Positions 40,087 to 50,014 of a stretch of DNA of 50,732 nt are shown one piece after another. The position numbers and the translations under genes were made by a program. Source of the DNA: Pseudomonadota bacterium (GTDB lineage Bacteria > Pseudomonadota > Gammaproteobacteria > Francisellales > Francisellaceae); NCBI GenBank assembly GCA_027621155.1, contig JAQCCA010000001.1, positions 1 through 50,732 on the forward strand, given 5' to 3'. Under the pieces are notes generated by a model. That model was given only the letters and a program-made list of their open reading frames with translations. It had not been told where the DNA came from and did not search any database. Every line of letters begins with the position of its first letter. The first letter of the stretch is position 1.

Positions 40087-40623
40087 ATGAAAAAATTAGC
40101 AATGATTGGTTTGGCATCAATGGCGGTGACCAGTGCTGCTTTTGCTACAGATGCAAGTAGCTTAAAAATAGGCTTGGTTAATCCAGTTGAGATTTATCAA
40201 TCCGTGCCGCAAGGTGAACAGAGCATTCAGGCATTACAAACAAAATTACAGCCCAAGGCAGATGAGTTGCAAAAGCAGCAACAAGGCTTGCTAGAAAAAA
40301 TGCAAACTTTACAAACTAATGCGCCAACATTAACAAAGTCTGATTTGGATAAGCAACAAAAAGCATTAACTGCTGAGCAGGATAAGTTTAAGCAACAAGC
40401 GACGGCATTTAAGCAAAGCGAAATGCAGCAAGAGCAAAAAATTGCTCAGGATTTCCAAGCAAGCTTTAATACCGCTGTCGAATCTGTTGCCAAAGAAGGT
40501 AAGTATAGTCTAATTCTAAGCTCGCAAGCGGTGGCATATGTGGCACCTGATTTGAAAGTAGACGTGACTGATCAAGTGGTTGCACAGATGAAAAAACAAG
40601 GCGCATCTACCGAGAAAAAATAA
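40087..40623 (+). CDS. skp: Periplasmic chaperone Skp/OmpH
   Basis: Signal peptide, KIGLVN, Q/K-rich coiled coil, D.T..V; follows bamA. Confidence 0.88.
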   Translation: MKKLAMIGLASMAVTSAAFATDASSLKIGLVNPVEIYQSVPQGEQSIQALQTKLQPKADELQKQQQGLLEKMQTLQTNAPTLTKSDLDKQQKALTAEQDKFKQQATAFKQSEMQQEQKIAQDFQASFNTAVESVAKEGKYSLILSSQAVAYVAPDLKVDVTDQVVAQMKKQGASTEKK

Positions 40624-40641
40624 TAGAAATAATAAGTAGCG

Positions 40642-41823
40642 TTAGCGTAGCTTAAAAATATAGCTTTTTAAGTAATCGTGATAATCGACATGGATGGACT
40701 GTGTGTGGCAGGGTGATGAGTATCCTTTGTGTAACAAAACCAAGTCATAAGAAAGCGATTGAAGTATTTCAAAGAAAGTTTTCTCATCGATGTGGCGACT
40801 ACAACTACAAGCGATGAATAATCCGCCTTTATTCAGGCACAAAAGTGCTAATTTAAATAAGCGTTGATAGGCACGTTTTGCTTCTGGAATATGTTTTTTT
40901 GATTTAGCAAAAGCAGGCGGGTCTGCTACAACGACATCAAAGTATTGTTGCTCGGCTTTTAATTTTTTGAGTGTTTCAAACATGTCACCATGCTCAAGCA
41001 CAATGCCTCTCTTATCTGCGTTTTGATGATTTTGTTCAATATTGGTTTTTGCCATAGCAAGTGCGGCTTTACTTTGGTCGATAAGCGTAAAATGGTCAAT
41101 GAAATCTGCAGCGGCAACACTCCATGCACCCATGTAGCTGCAAATATCTAGCATGCTGGTCAGCCCTTTGTGAAGATAGTTGCCTAGTGCGATAAGGTTT
41201 AGGCGTTGGTCGAGAAAAAGGCCAGTTTTTTGACCGTTGATCAGATCAAACATAATGCGCTTGCCAGCAAACAGAGTGGTTTGAGTTGATTCACCAGATA
41301 AATATTGCCATTGAGTAATACTGCTTAGTTTTTCGATTTCACGTATTTGCCCTGTGCTTCGTTCAAAAATAGCTGTATCAGGCATGAGGGCTATCAATGT
41401 TTGAATGACGTAGGGCATTAGTAAATCAGATGCAGCTGAGCTTGACTGCACAACGGTGGTCGAGTTATAGCAGTCAATGGTAATCCCAGGGAGCCCATCA
41501 TGATCGCCATGGCATAAGCGAAAGGCCTCTCCTTGTTGAACAAAATAAAGTTGCTGCTTATCATGTTGCAGTTGAACTAGGAATTGTCGTAGCGCATATT
41601 CAATATCGTGGTTATTAATCGATTCCATGCTAATGCGTGTCATTCTGATTGCTGCAAGTTGATGTTTGCTATATAGAGCTAGTCTGCCTTGCTGTTCAAC
41701 CAAAGCTGCACCATGTGGGTTAAGTAACTCAGGAGCTAGATGATTAACCTCATTACTATAGAAAATTTGTCGAGTATGGAAGTTTTTGATTTTGCTATTA
41801 AGACTGATTGTTTGAATATTCAT
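40642..41823 (-). CDS. RlmI-like class I SAM-dependent rRNA m5C methyltransferase
   Basis: G..DGLPG.TID.Y, GQKTGLFLDQR, DPPAFAK, CSCS, YLK; N-terminal PUA region divergent. Confidence 0.82.
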   Translation of the reverse strand: MNIQTISLNSKIKNFHTRQIFYSNEVNHLAPELLNPHGAALVEQQGRLALYSKHQLAAIRMTRISMESINNHDIEYALRQFLVQLQHDKQQLYFVQQGEAFRLCHGDHDGLPGITIDCYNSTTVVQSSSAASDLLMPYVIQTLIALMPDTAIFERSTGQIREIEKLSSITQWQYLSGESTQTTLFAGKRIMFDLINGQKTGLFLDQRLNLIALGNYLHKGLTSMLDICSYMGAWSVAAADFIDHFTLIDQSKAALAMAKTNIEQNHQNADKRGIVLEHGDMFETLKKLKAEQQYFDVVVADPPAFAKSKKHIPEAKRAYQRLFKLALLCLNKGGLFIACSCSRHIDEKTFFEILQSLSYDLVLLHKGYSSPCHTQSIHVDYHDYLKSYIFKLR

Positions 41824-41881
41824 GCTAGGAGCATTTTGGATAAATGTGCCGAAATTATACTTTAGCCGATGTGTTGTGTAT

Positions 41882-41910
41882 ACACCGCAAAATGATTTAC
41901 GAGCAGTATA
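41882..41910. repeat. Terminal fragment of the 7746-7911 repeat family
   Basis: ACACCGCAAAATGATTTACGAGCAGTATA matches 11405-11432 at 24/29 with one gap (hand count). Confidence 0.6.
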
Positions 41911-42051
41911 GGCGCATATGCTTTAATAACAGTTAAAAAGGTGCTAATAATCAATGATATAGAACAACTGATCAATTTATCCTTGATTTAATGGGTTTTT
42001 ATATGCACAATGGCGCCTGTTTCTCAAATTAATATACAAGGATAGATTGTT

Positions 42052-42576
42052 ATGAACACAAAGAGTTTTGCCTATATTTTCGCTGGTATACTAGCAATTG
42101 CAAGTTGTAGCTATGCAAATAGTCACTCAACACAAGATGAGCAAGCAACGCGTACCGGTTTCTTTTTAGCGCCTGCGGTTGGTGTGTTAACAAATAGTGG
42201 CACGGGGTATAAAACATCTCCAGAGTTAACGCTTAGCTTTGGGTATAGCTTTAGTCCTTACTTTTCGATTAAGGCGGGGAGTATTCTATTTGCAGCGCGG
42301 AGTGAGGACAGTGCGCAAAGTACAAAATTTAGTACCTATACAAGGGCTGATGTGGTGTTTTCACTACCAACAAAAACGCTTTTTACCCCTTATGTATTTT
42401 TGGGCGTAGGTAAGCTTAGTATGGCGCATACTGAATTTGCATCAAATATTGGTGTTGGTATAGCTTATACGTTAAGTCAAAATTTTGCCTTAACTGCAAA
42501 CTATCGCAATATTATCCCTGCAAAAACCAGTGGAACAATGAATTTATTTGATATTGGATTTGTGCATTATTTCTAA
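42052..42576 (+). CDS. Small outer-membrane beta-barrel protein (OmpA-TM/porin-like)
   Basis: Signal peptide, alternating amphipathic strands, FTPYVFLGVG, C-terminal Phe; AAGGA RBS. Confidence 0.78.
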   Translation: MNTKSFAYIFAGILAIASCSYANSHSTQDEQATRTGFFLAPAVGVLTNSGTGYKTSPELTLSFGYSFSPYFSIKAGSILFAARSEDSAQSTKFSTYTRADVVFSLPTKTLFTPYVFLGVGKLSMAHTEFASNIGVGIAYTLSQNFALTANYRNIIPAKTSGTMNLFDIGFVHYF

Positions 42577-42581
42577 GGGTG

Positions 42582-44840
42582 TTAATTAATCCCTGCGCGG
42601 ATCAAACCACCTAAATCATTTTCAACAAGGAAGTTTTCCAAATAAGTGTACACATCGTCAGTGGTGTCAAGTTTTAATACTTGTTTTAACACATTGCGGC
42701 ATTGTTTCTTAGTAACAGATCGTAATACCTGCTTAACCTTAAGAAGCGCTGAGGCGTTCATGCTTAAGCTATCAAAACCCATGCCGATAAGAAGTGCGGT
42801 GGCAATCGGGTTGCCGCCAAGCTCGCCACATAATGAGATTTCTTTGTTGTGTTTTTTGGCTACTTTGACCAGGTGGTAAAGTGTGCGAATTATTGCTGGA
42901 TGTAGTTGGTTGTAAAGATTAGCGACTTTCTCATTGGTGCGATCAACCGCTAAAATGTATTGTGCTAAGTCATTTGAGCCAATGGATACAAAGTCAATAA
43001 GATCGATTAAACGCTCTGCAAGCACAACAGCAGCTGGAACCTCAATCATGATGCCAATGCGTGGCTTATCGATATCAAACCCTTCTTCAATGACTTCTTT
43101 ATAGGCTTGACGAATAAGCTGTTTTGCTTCTTTGACTTCCTCAATCGTTGTAATCATTGGTAGCAAAATATGCAAATTATCATGATGTAAACTTGCTTTA
43201 AGCATCGCTCTTATTTGCATTAAAAAAAGGTTGGACTGATCCAGTAGCATGCGAATACCGCGCCAGCCAAGTGCTGGATTCTGCTCTTCTTCGTAGAAGT
43301 AGGGTAGTGTTTTATCCGCACCAACATCTAAGGTGCGTAAAACAGCAGGTTTATCAGGGAAGGTTGATAAAATTTGTTGATAAATAATGCGCTGCTCATC
43401 TTCACTGGGGAAGCGCTCACGAATCATAAAAGGAATTTCGGAGCGATATAAACCAACGCCTGCTGCTCCTTGACTTAAAGCGCGATCCAAATCAGCAATT
43501 AAACCAACATTTGCTTTAAGTGTTATTTCATGCCCATCAATTGTTGTACTTGGTAAGTCTTTAAGTGCTTGCAATTCAACGGCTTTTTGACTCTCATGCT
43601 TGATCAAGCGCTCATATGCTGATTTAAGTCCCTTAGCAGGTTGAATATATATGCGCCCAACATAAGCATCAACAATAACCTCTTTACCATCAATGAAGCT
43701 AATTGGTAATGCTTTGATGCTTGTAACAAAAGGCACAGACAAAGCTTTAGCTAAAATAGCTGCATGAGAGTAAGAGGAGCCGTGTTCTGAGATAATTGCT
43801 TTTAAGCGCCCTTTAGGCACTTCGGCAATCATCGATGCGGTGACTTCGCTCGCAACAAGAACAGTATCAACAGCGTAGTGACTTTTCTTTAATATTTTAT
43901 TCTCAAGTGCCAATAAGATGCGTTTGCCTAAATCACGAATATCACTAGCGCGTTCGACAAAGTAAGGCTCATCCATTTGCTCAAAAAGTGTGGCTTGCTC
44001 GATGACAACACGTTTGATCGCGCTTTGTAGCCAAATGCCCTGACGGATATAGCCAATAATTGCGTCATAAAAACGACTGCTATCGATCATTTGCAAATAG
44101 GCTTCAAATAATTGTGCTTCTTCACTGCCCGCAAGGAGGGTGACGCGCTCTAGCATTTCCTCCAATGACTCTTTGACATCCTTTACCGCACTAATAAATA
44201 AACGCTCTTCATCCTCTGATTGCGTAGGTTTGTCAGGAATCTCTTCAATATCAGTAATATTATAACGCGCAACCGCAATGCCTTTTTGTACCCCATCATT
44301 TGCGCTTACACCATCAAAGTACATCGGACTTTGTGGTTTATCTTCAATTTGCTCAGAAACATCTTCAATATGAATGGCGCGATTTAATGGTAGTGACAAG
44401 TTAGCACATAGCGTCGCAACATCGGTTTGCAAGCTTTCAGTAATTTTGTCTTTATCATTAAGTTGTAGCGCAATAATGGCAATAACATCACCTTTGTGCA
44501 CAACGGGCGCTGCTAATAAAGACTGTAAACGGTTGCGTGAAAGTGTTTGTAGCACACTATAGCTTGAAGCCTTAGACATATCGGTAATAATGAGTGCTTC
44601 TTCACGTAAAGCAACCTTGCCCAAAAGATCATCTTTGGCGCTGATGTAGATCATCCCAGATCGCAGTGTTGGTACTAGCGTTGACGCGCTTAGCGTGTAG
44701 GTGTGCTCTGTTTCATCCAAAATGAAAACACTGCACGCATCGACACTAAGCACTTTGCATGCTTCTTTAGCAAACATTGATAATACAACATCAAGCTCAT
44801 GCTTAAGCTCAATGATTTTGACTAAAGACTGCCATAACAT
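42582..44840 (-). CDS. ptsP: Phosphoenolpyruvate-protein phosphotransferase EI-Ntr
   Basis: N-terminal GAF, phospho-His SHAAILA, GLYRSE, RTLDVGADK, E.NPALGWRGIR, SIGSNDL.QY, CGE; downstream of rppH. Confidence 0.93.
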   Translation of the reverse strand: MLWQSLVKIIELKHELDVVLSMFAKEACKVLSVDACSVFILDETEHTYTLSASTLVPTLRSGMIYISAKDDLLGKVALREEALIITDMSKASSYSVLQTLSRNRLQSLLAAPVVHKGDVIAIIALQLNDKDKITESLQTDVATLCANLSLPLNRAIHIEDVSEQIEDKPQSPMYFDGVSANDGVQKGIAVARYNITDIEEIPDKPTQSEDEERLFISAVKDVKESLEEMLERVTLLAGSEEAQLFEAYLQMIDSSRFYDAIIGYIRQGIWLQSAIKRVVIEQATLFEQMDEPYFVERASDIRDLGKRILLALENKILKKSHYAVDTVLVASEVTASMIAEVPKGRLKAIISEHGSSYSHAAILAKALSVPFVTSIKALPISFIDGKEVIVDAYVGRIYIQPAKGLKSAYERLIKHESQKAVELQALKDLPSTTIDGHEITLKANVGLIADLDRALSQGAAGVGLYRSEIPFMIRERFPSEDEQRIIYQQILSTFPDKPAVLRTLDVGADKTLPYFYEEEQNPALGWRGIRMLLDQSNLFLMQIRAMLKASLHHDNLHILLPMITTIEEVKEAKQLIRQAYKEVIEEGFDIDKPRIGIMIEVPAAVVLAERLIDLIDFVSIGSNDLAQYILAVDRTNEKVANLYNQLHPAIIRTLYHLVKVAKKHNKEISLCGELGGNPIATALLIGMGFDSLSMNASALLKVKQVLRSVTKKQCRNVLKQVLKLDTTDDVYTYLENFLVENDLGGLIRAGIN

Positions 44841-44845
44841 GATAT

Positions 44846-45334
44846 TTACTCGCGTGACCAGTCTTTAAGTACAGGGAAAAAGTGCTCAAGTGCCTTTTGG
44901 TATACATGGCGCTTAAAGGCAACGACTTTTCCTGCGGGGTACCAGTAATTTACCCAACGCCATTCATCAAACTCGGGCTTTTTATTAGCGTTGAGATTAA
45001 TTGCGCTATCGGCAGATTTTAAACGCAACAAAAACCATTTTTGTTTTTGACCAATGCACAATGGGCAATTTCTTCTAATTAGAGACCTGGGAAGTCGATA
45101 TCTTAACCACGTTCTTGTTGCAGCAATCACCTCAACATCATAAGGCATAAGCCCTACTTCTTCTTTGAGCTCTCGATACATTGCTTCAATCGGCGTTTCT
45201 CCGGAATTTAAACCACCTTGTGGAAACTGCCATGAACTTTGGTTGACGCGACGACCCCAGAACACTTTGTTTTGATCATTCATAATAATGATCGCCACAT
45301 TTGCTCTGAAACCTTCTTGATCTATCACGATCAT
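44846..45334 (-). CDS. rppH: RNA pyrophosphohydrolase
   Basis: ID.EGFRANV, WQFPQGG Nudix box, [17 protein letters not shown]; start ATG 45334 or GTG 45328. Confidence 0.95.
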   Translation of the reverse strand: MIVIDQEGFRANVAIIIMNDQNKVFWGRRVNQSSWQFPQGGLNSGETPIEAMYRELKEEVGLMPYDVEVIAATRTWLRYRLPRSLIRRNCPLCIGQKQKWFLLRLKSADSAINLNANKKPEFDEWRWVNYWYPAGKVVAFKRHVYQKALEHFFPVLKDWSRE

Positions 45335-45478
45335 TTCCAAACCTAGTACTATCCTGCTGTTTAGCATACCGTAAAGCAGGTAACTTTTCCTTGAAAATCT
45401 TGCTAAATTTTGCAAAAAAACTCTGATAGAATAGATCGCGGTAAAACTATCAACCAAATCTCAAGGAGCGTTATTAGT

Positions 45479-46891
45479 ATGTCTGACTTTACACATTATC
45501 AAGCCATGGTTAGTGAATATGGAATCGAATTTGTCGATCTTCGATTTACCGATACAAAAGGCAAAGAACAACATGTAACCATTCCTGTGCGCGCTGTTGA
45601 TGAAGATTTCTTCACAGATGGCAAAATGTTTGATGGTTCTTCTATTGAGGGTTGGAAGGGAATTAATGAATCAGATATGATTTTGATGCCAGATGCATCA
45701 AGTATGTTGATTGATCCGTTTTTTGAAGCGCCGACATTGATTATCCGTTGTGATATTTTGGAGCCGGCAACGATGCAGGCATATGATCGTGATCCGCGTT
45801 CAATCGCAAAAAGATGTGAAACTTATATTAAGTCAACGGGAATTGCCGATACGGCATTTTTTGGTCCAGAGCCTGAGTTTTTTATCTTTGACGATGTGAC
45901 TTATAAGTCAGATATGGAAGGTTCTGAGTATAAAATCAGAAGTAATGAATCAGCGTGGAGCACTAATGATCTCCATGGCGGTCGCAATAACGGGCATAAA
46001 CCTGGTGTTAAGGGTGGTTATTTCCCTGTGCCACCGGTTGATTCATTGCAAGATATTCGCTCAGAGATGTGCTCTATTTTGGAAGAATTAGGGCAAGAAG
46101 TCGAAGTGCATCATCATGAAGTAGCAACGGCAGGTCAGTGTGAAATTGGCACTAAGTTCTCTACCTTGGTGGATAAAGCCGATCAAACACAAGTCTTTAA
46201 ATATGTAGTGCACAATGTGGCTAACGGCTTTGGTAAAAGTGCGACTTTTATGCCAAAACCGATTCCGGGGGATAATGGCTCAGGTATGCATGTACACCAA
46301 TCACTTTCAAAGGGTGGCAAAAACTTATTTGCAGGCAATGGTTATGCTGGGCTTTCAGAAGAAGCGCTTTACTATATCGGCGGCATTATCAAACATGCTA
46401 AGGCGTTAAATGCATTTGCCAACCCATCAACCAATAGCTATAAGCGTTTAGTGCCAGGATTTGAGGCGCCAGTGCTTTTGGCATATTCAGCACGTAACCG
46501 CTCCGCATCTATACGCATTCCTTTTGTTAATAGTGAAAAAGCACGTCGCATTGAGGTGCGCTTTGGTGATCCAACAGCTAACCCTTATTTAATGTTCTCA
46601 GCAATGGTCATGGCGGGGATTGATGGTATTAAGAATAAAATCCACCCAGGTGAAGCAATGGATAAAAACTTATATGACTTACCGCCTGAAGAGCTTGTAG
46701 ATATTCCAACAGTGGCGTGCTCGCTAGAAGAAGCCCTTGCTGCCTTGGATGAAGATCGTGCGTTTTTAACCGCGGGCGGTGTATTTTCAGATGATATGAT
46801 TAATGCATATATTGATCTGAAAATGGAGGAAGTGCAGAAGCTTAATATGACACCTCATCCGGTTGAGTTTCAGATGTACTACAGCTTGTAA
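45479..46891 (+). CDS. glnA: Glutamine synthetase type I-beta
   Basis: [34 protein letters not shown], adenylylation site NLYDLP; ATG 45479 with AAGGAG RBS. Confidence 0.98.
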   Translation: MSDFTHYQAMVSEYGIEFVDLRFTDTKGKEQHVTIPVRAVDEDFFTDGKMFDGSSIEGWKGINESDMILMPDASSMLIDPFFEAPTLIIRCDILEPATMQAYDRDPRSIAKRCETYIKSTGIADTAFFGPEPEFFIFDDVTYKSDMEGSEYKIRSNESAWSTNDLHGGRNNGHKPGVKGGYFPVPPVDSLQDIRSEMCSILEELGQEVEVHHHEVATAGQCEIGTKFSTLVDKADQTQVFKYVVHNVANGFGKSATFMPKPIPGDNGSGMHVHQSLSKGGKNLFAGNGYAGLSEEALYYIGGIIKHAKALNAFANPSTNSYKRLVPGFEAPVLLAYSARNRSASIRIPFVNSEKARRIEVRFGDPTANPYLMFSAMVMAGIDGIKNKIHPGEAMDKNLYDLPPEELVDIPTVACSLEEALAALDEDRAFLTAGGVFSDDMINAYIDLKMEEVQKLNMTPHPVEFQMYYSL

Positions 46892-47062
46892 TCTAAAAAT
46901 TTCACTAGAATTAATAGGATATAAACTTAGCTTGCTATGGATGGCAATAAATTCACTTTATTTGATGTATAAGAAATTAAACTGCTGTCAAACTTGCAAT
47001 AGGTGAGTAAATCTCTACAATCGGGCAATAAAATTTCATCAACACGTTGGGAGCGTGAACGC

Positions 47063-48643
47063 ATGGATATGACACAACTGTTTGTCGATTTATCGCGTAG
47101 TCAGTTTGCATTTACGGCTATATTCCATTTTATTTTTGTGCCATTGACACTTGGTTTGTCGTGGATACTGTTTATTATGGAGGCTGCCTATGTCAAAACC
47201 GGTCAGCAAGTATATAAAGACATGGTTCAATTCTGGGGTAAGCTGTTTGCGATTAACTTCGCAATGGGCGTTGTCACAGGGATTACCATGGAGTTTGAAT
47301 TTGGTTTAAACTGGGCGTATTTTTCACGTTTTATCGGTGAGAGCTTTGGTACGATTCTAGCGATTGAGGGGTTATCTGCTTTTATGCTTGAGGCGACCTT
47401 GTTTGGTTTGTTCTTTTTTACGTGGAATAAAGTCAGTAAGAAAACGCATTTAGTCATTACCTTTTTCTTGGCATTGGGCACTAATCTCTCGATTGTGAAT
47501 ATCTTGGTGGCTAACAGTTGGATGCAGCATCCGGTGGCAACCTTCCTAAATCCTGAGACAATGCAGATGCAGTTGACGAGTTTTGTGCAGATTTACATGC
47601 AGGAATTAGCACAAATTCGTTTTGGACATGTGGCATTTGCTGGGTACTTTACTTCAGCGATGTTTGTTGTTGGTATTAGTGCGTGGTATTTGTTGCGTAA
47701 GCGCAATACTGGCTTTGCGATTCGTTCATTAGCTGTCGGTGTTGGTTTTGGAGCGTGTGTGTCAATTTGTATTGCCTTTTTAGGTGATGCAAATGGTTTG
47801 GCGATTGATAAGTATGAGCCAGTGAAGATGGCAGCCGTTGAAGGGCAGTGGGAAACACAAAAAGCACCAGCAGCTTGGTCAGTGATTGCCTTCCCATCAC
47901 AAGAAAAAGAGATGAACTATCTGGATTACTTTAAAATCCCATGGGCATTAAGTTTAATTTCAGGACATAATCTTAGTGCCACTGTCGAGGGCTTAAAGCC
48001 GTTAATGAAAGACAATGAAACACGTATGTATGATGGTCTTGTGGCATTAAAAGCCCTGCAAAATATCCGCAGTGGTAAGGGCACAGCACACGACTTTGAT
48101 ATCTTTGATCCTAAGAATGCGGAAACGGCTAAGTATCGTGAGAATATTGGTTATGCTTTTATCTTACAAGAGCATGCCAAGGATCCATATAATGCTACAA
48201 GTAGTGAGGTGTCTAAAGCAGCTAAAGATACCATTCCAGAGGTTTGGGTCATATTCTGGAGCTTTAGAGTGATGCTAGCATGTTGGGCAATTGTATTCTT
48301 TGTGATGATTTTTGGTGCGGTACATTTGTTGCGTCGCACTTTGCTTAAATATCGTTGGTTCTTGTGGCTAGCTGTCTTTGCCATTCCTTTACCATATTTA
48401 GCAGCGGAATCTGGTTGGATCTTGACTGAGATGGGACGCCAGCCTTGGGTTGTGCATGGGATATTACCAACGAATATGGGTGCTTCATCCTTAGCCTCGT
48501 GGAATATCGTTGTCAGTTTGTTATTCTTTGCGATATTGTATGTCGCGCTCTTTGTCGTTGAGCTTGTGATTATGTTTAAAGTCGTACGCAAAGGTCCAAA
48601 GTCTCTAGGTAATGGCAACTATGATTATAAGGAGCATAAATAA
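47063..48643 (+). CDS. cydA: Cytochrome bd ubiquinol oxidase subunit I (long Q-loop)
   Basis: R.QFA.TA.FHFIFVP (His19), NSWMQHP, P.KMAA.EG.W, FWSFRVM, E.GRQPW; ATG 47063 with GGAG RBS. Confidence 0.96.
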   Translation: MDMTQLFVDLSRSQFAFTAIFHFIFVPLTLGLSWILFIMEAAYVKTGQQVYKDMVQFWGKLFAINFAMGVVTGITMEFEFGLNWAYFSRFIGESFGTILAIEGLSAFMLEATLFGLFFFTWNKVSKKTHLVITFFLALGTNLSIVNILVANSWMQHPVATFLNPETMQMQLTSFVQIYMQELAQIRFGHVAFAGYFTSAMFVVGISAWYLLRKRNTGFAIRSLAVGVGFGACVSICIAFLGDANGLAIDKYEPVKMAAVEGQWETQKAPAAWSVIAFPSQEKEMNYLDYFKIPWALSLISGHNLSATVEGLKPLMKDNETRMYDGLVALKALQNIRSGKGTAHDFDIFDPKNAETAKYRENIGYAFILQEHAKDPYNATSSEVSKAAKDTIPEVWVIFWSFRVMLACWAIVFFVMIFGAVHLLRRTLLKYRWFLWLAVFAIPLPYLAAESGWILTEMGRQPWVVHGILPTNMGASSLASWNIVVSLLFFAILYVALFVVELVIMFKVVRKGPKSLGNGNYDYKEHK

Positions 48644-49818
48644 TGTTATTTGATTATATGACCTTACAAATTATCTGGTGGGCAATTATTCTTCTGGTAC
48701 TTATCCTTTACGCGACAACTGCGGGTTGCGATTTTGGTGTAACGATCATGATGCCCTTTATGTCTAAGCATAAAGGTTTTAAAGAAAATGATATTGAAAG
48801 GCGCTTAGCGTTAAATACCATTGCCCCTACGTGGGATGGTAATCAAACGTGGATTGTTATCGGTGGTGGTGCGCTATTTGGTATCTGGCCAGCCGTTTAT
48901 GGTACGATTTTCTCGGGGCTATATCCAGCATTATTATTAGTGCTATTTACCTTTTTCCTACGCCCACCAGGGTTTGACTATCGCAGTAAACTTGATGGCG
49001 ATGGTTGGCGTAAATTCTGGGATTGGGGACTTTTTATCAGCAGCTTTATTCCGGTGCTTATTTTTGGTCTAGTGCTTGGTGCATTGTTCCATGGTTTACC
49101 ATTTTATCATGATGATTTTCTGTTAAGATCCATATATGCCGGCAATGCCTTTGCTAGTGTATTATCACCTTTTGCTATCTTATGTGCACTGTTGGCGTTA
49201 AGCATGGTGTTGATGCATGCGTGTTTGCATTTAAATCGTCGCTTAGCCGGTGAGTTAGGTTTGCGCTTTCGTCGTTTATCTAATCTGTTTATTATTATCA
49301 ACTTACTACTTGTCACTATTGGCTTGATTATGTTGGCATATGTCGTCCCTGGGATGATTATCACCGGTACGCCAGCAAGTCTTGCGTTTAACACACAGGT
49401 TGATGTGGTTACAGGTGGATGGCTACATAACTACGCACTTCATCCGTGGATGTGGTTAGCCCCTGTTTTGTGCTATGTCATGCTACTGCTTGCTGCCATT
49501 GCCAAAGAGAAAAATGAAGCTATCGCTTATTGGTGCTCAGCACTTGCCATTGCGGCAATCATGTGTGCTGCGGCATTTGCCTTATTCCCGTTTATCGTGC
49601 CTTCTAATTGGGTGGGGAGTAATGGCTTTGGCAGCCAAAGTTTAACGATTTGGAATGTATCAGCGTCAGAATATAGCTTAATGGGTATGCTATATATTAC
49701 CTTTGCCTTTATGGTTGCGATTATTGGCTATAAGCTTTGGGGCTTTGGTGCAGCATGGCGCGGCAAGTCTAAGCTTGATAAAAATGATCTAGAGCAAAAC
49801 AGTCATACATTCTACTAA
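48643..49818 (+). CDS. cydB: Cytochrome bd ubiquinol oxidase subunit II
   Basis: G.DFGV, P.WDGNQTW, RP.GFDYRSK, SLTIWN; TAATG coupling with cydA. Confidence 0.95.
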   Translation: MLFDYMTLQIIWWAIILLVLILYATTAGCDFGVTIMMPFMSKHKGFKENDIERRLALNTIAPTWDGNQTWIVIGGGALFGIWPAVYGTIFSGLYPALLLVLFTFFLRPPGFDYRSKLDGDGWRKFWDWGLFISSFIPVLIFGLVLGALFHGLPFYHDDFLLRSIYAGNAFASVLSPFAILCALLALSMVLMHACLHLNRRLAGELGLRFRRLSNLFIIINLLLVTIGLIMLAYVVPGMIITGTPASLAFNTQVDVVTGGWLHNYALHPWMWLAPVLCYVMLLLAAIAKEKNEAIAYWCSALAIAAIMCAAAFALFPFIVPSNWVGSNGFGSQSLTIWNVSASEYSLMGMLYITFAFMVAIIGYKLWGFGAAWRGKSKLDKNDLEQNSHTFY

Positions 49819-49840
49819 TTGAGTCAATAGAGGAATTATT

Positions 49841-50002
49841 ATGTGGTATATCACAATTATCATTATGTTAGCGATTTCAATGTATGTTGGTTACCGCTTT
49901 ACACTGTATGTCGATGATAAGATTGAAAAGGGTAAATATAAACAGATCAGTGACGATCCAAATCATATAGCTAATAAAGGGGATCATCCTGATAAAAAAT
50001 AA
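49841..50002 (+). CDS. cydX: CydX-like small subunit of cytochrome bd (53 aa; absent from the ORF track)
   Basis: GAGGA RBS; MWYITIIIMLAISMYVGYRFTLYVDDKIEKGKYKQISDDPNHIANKGDHPDKK*; MWY start, one TM helix, 22 nt after cydB. Confidence 0.75.
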   Translation: MWYITIIIMLAISMYVGYRFTLYVDDKIEKGKYKQISDDPNHIANKGDHPDKK

Positions 50003-50014
50003 AATGATTGTATA

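Noticed and set aside
46961-46976. FNR-like site TTGAT-N4-AAGAA upstream of cydA
   Set aside because: Second half-site matches ATCAA poorly; cannot be supported.
1510-49394. Many 60-155 aa ORFs antisense or out of frame within long genes (e.g. 15747-16133, 48151-48618, 36187-36450)
   Set aside because: Shadow ORFs of well-supported genes with no independent signals.
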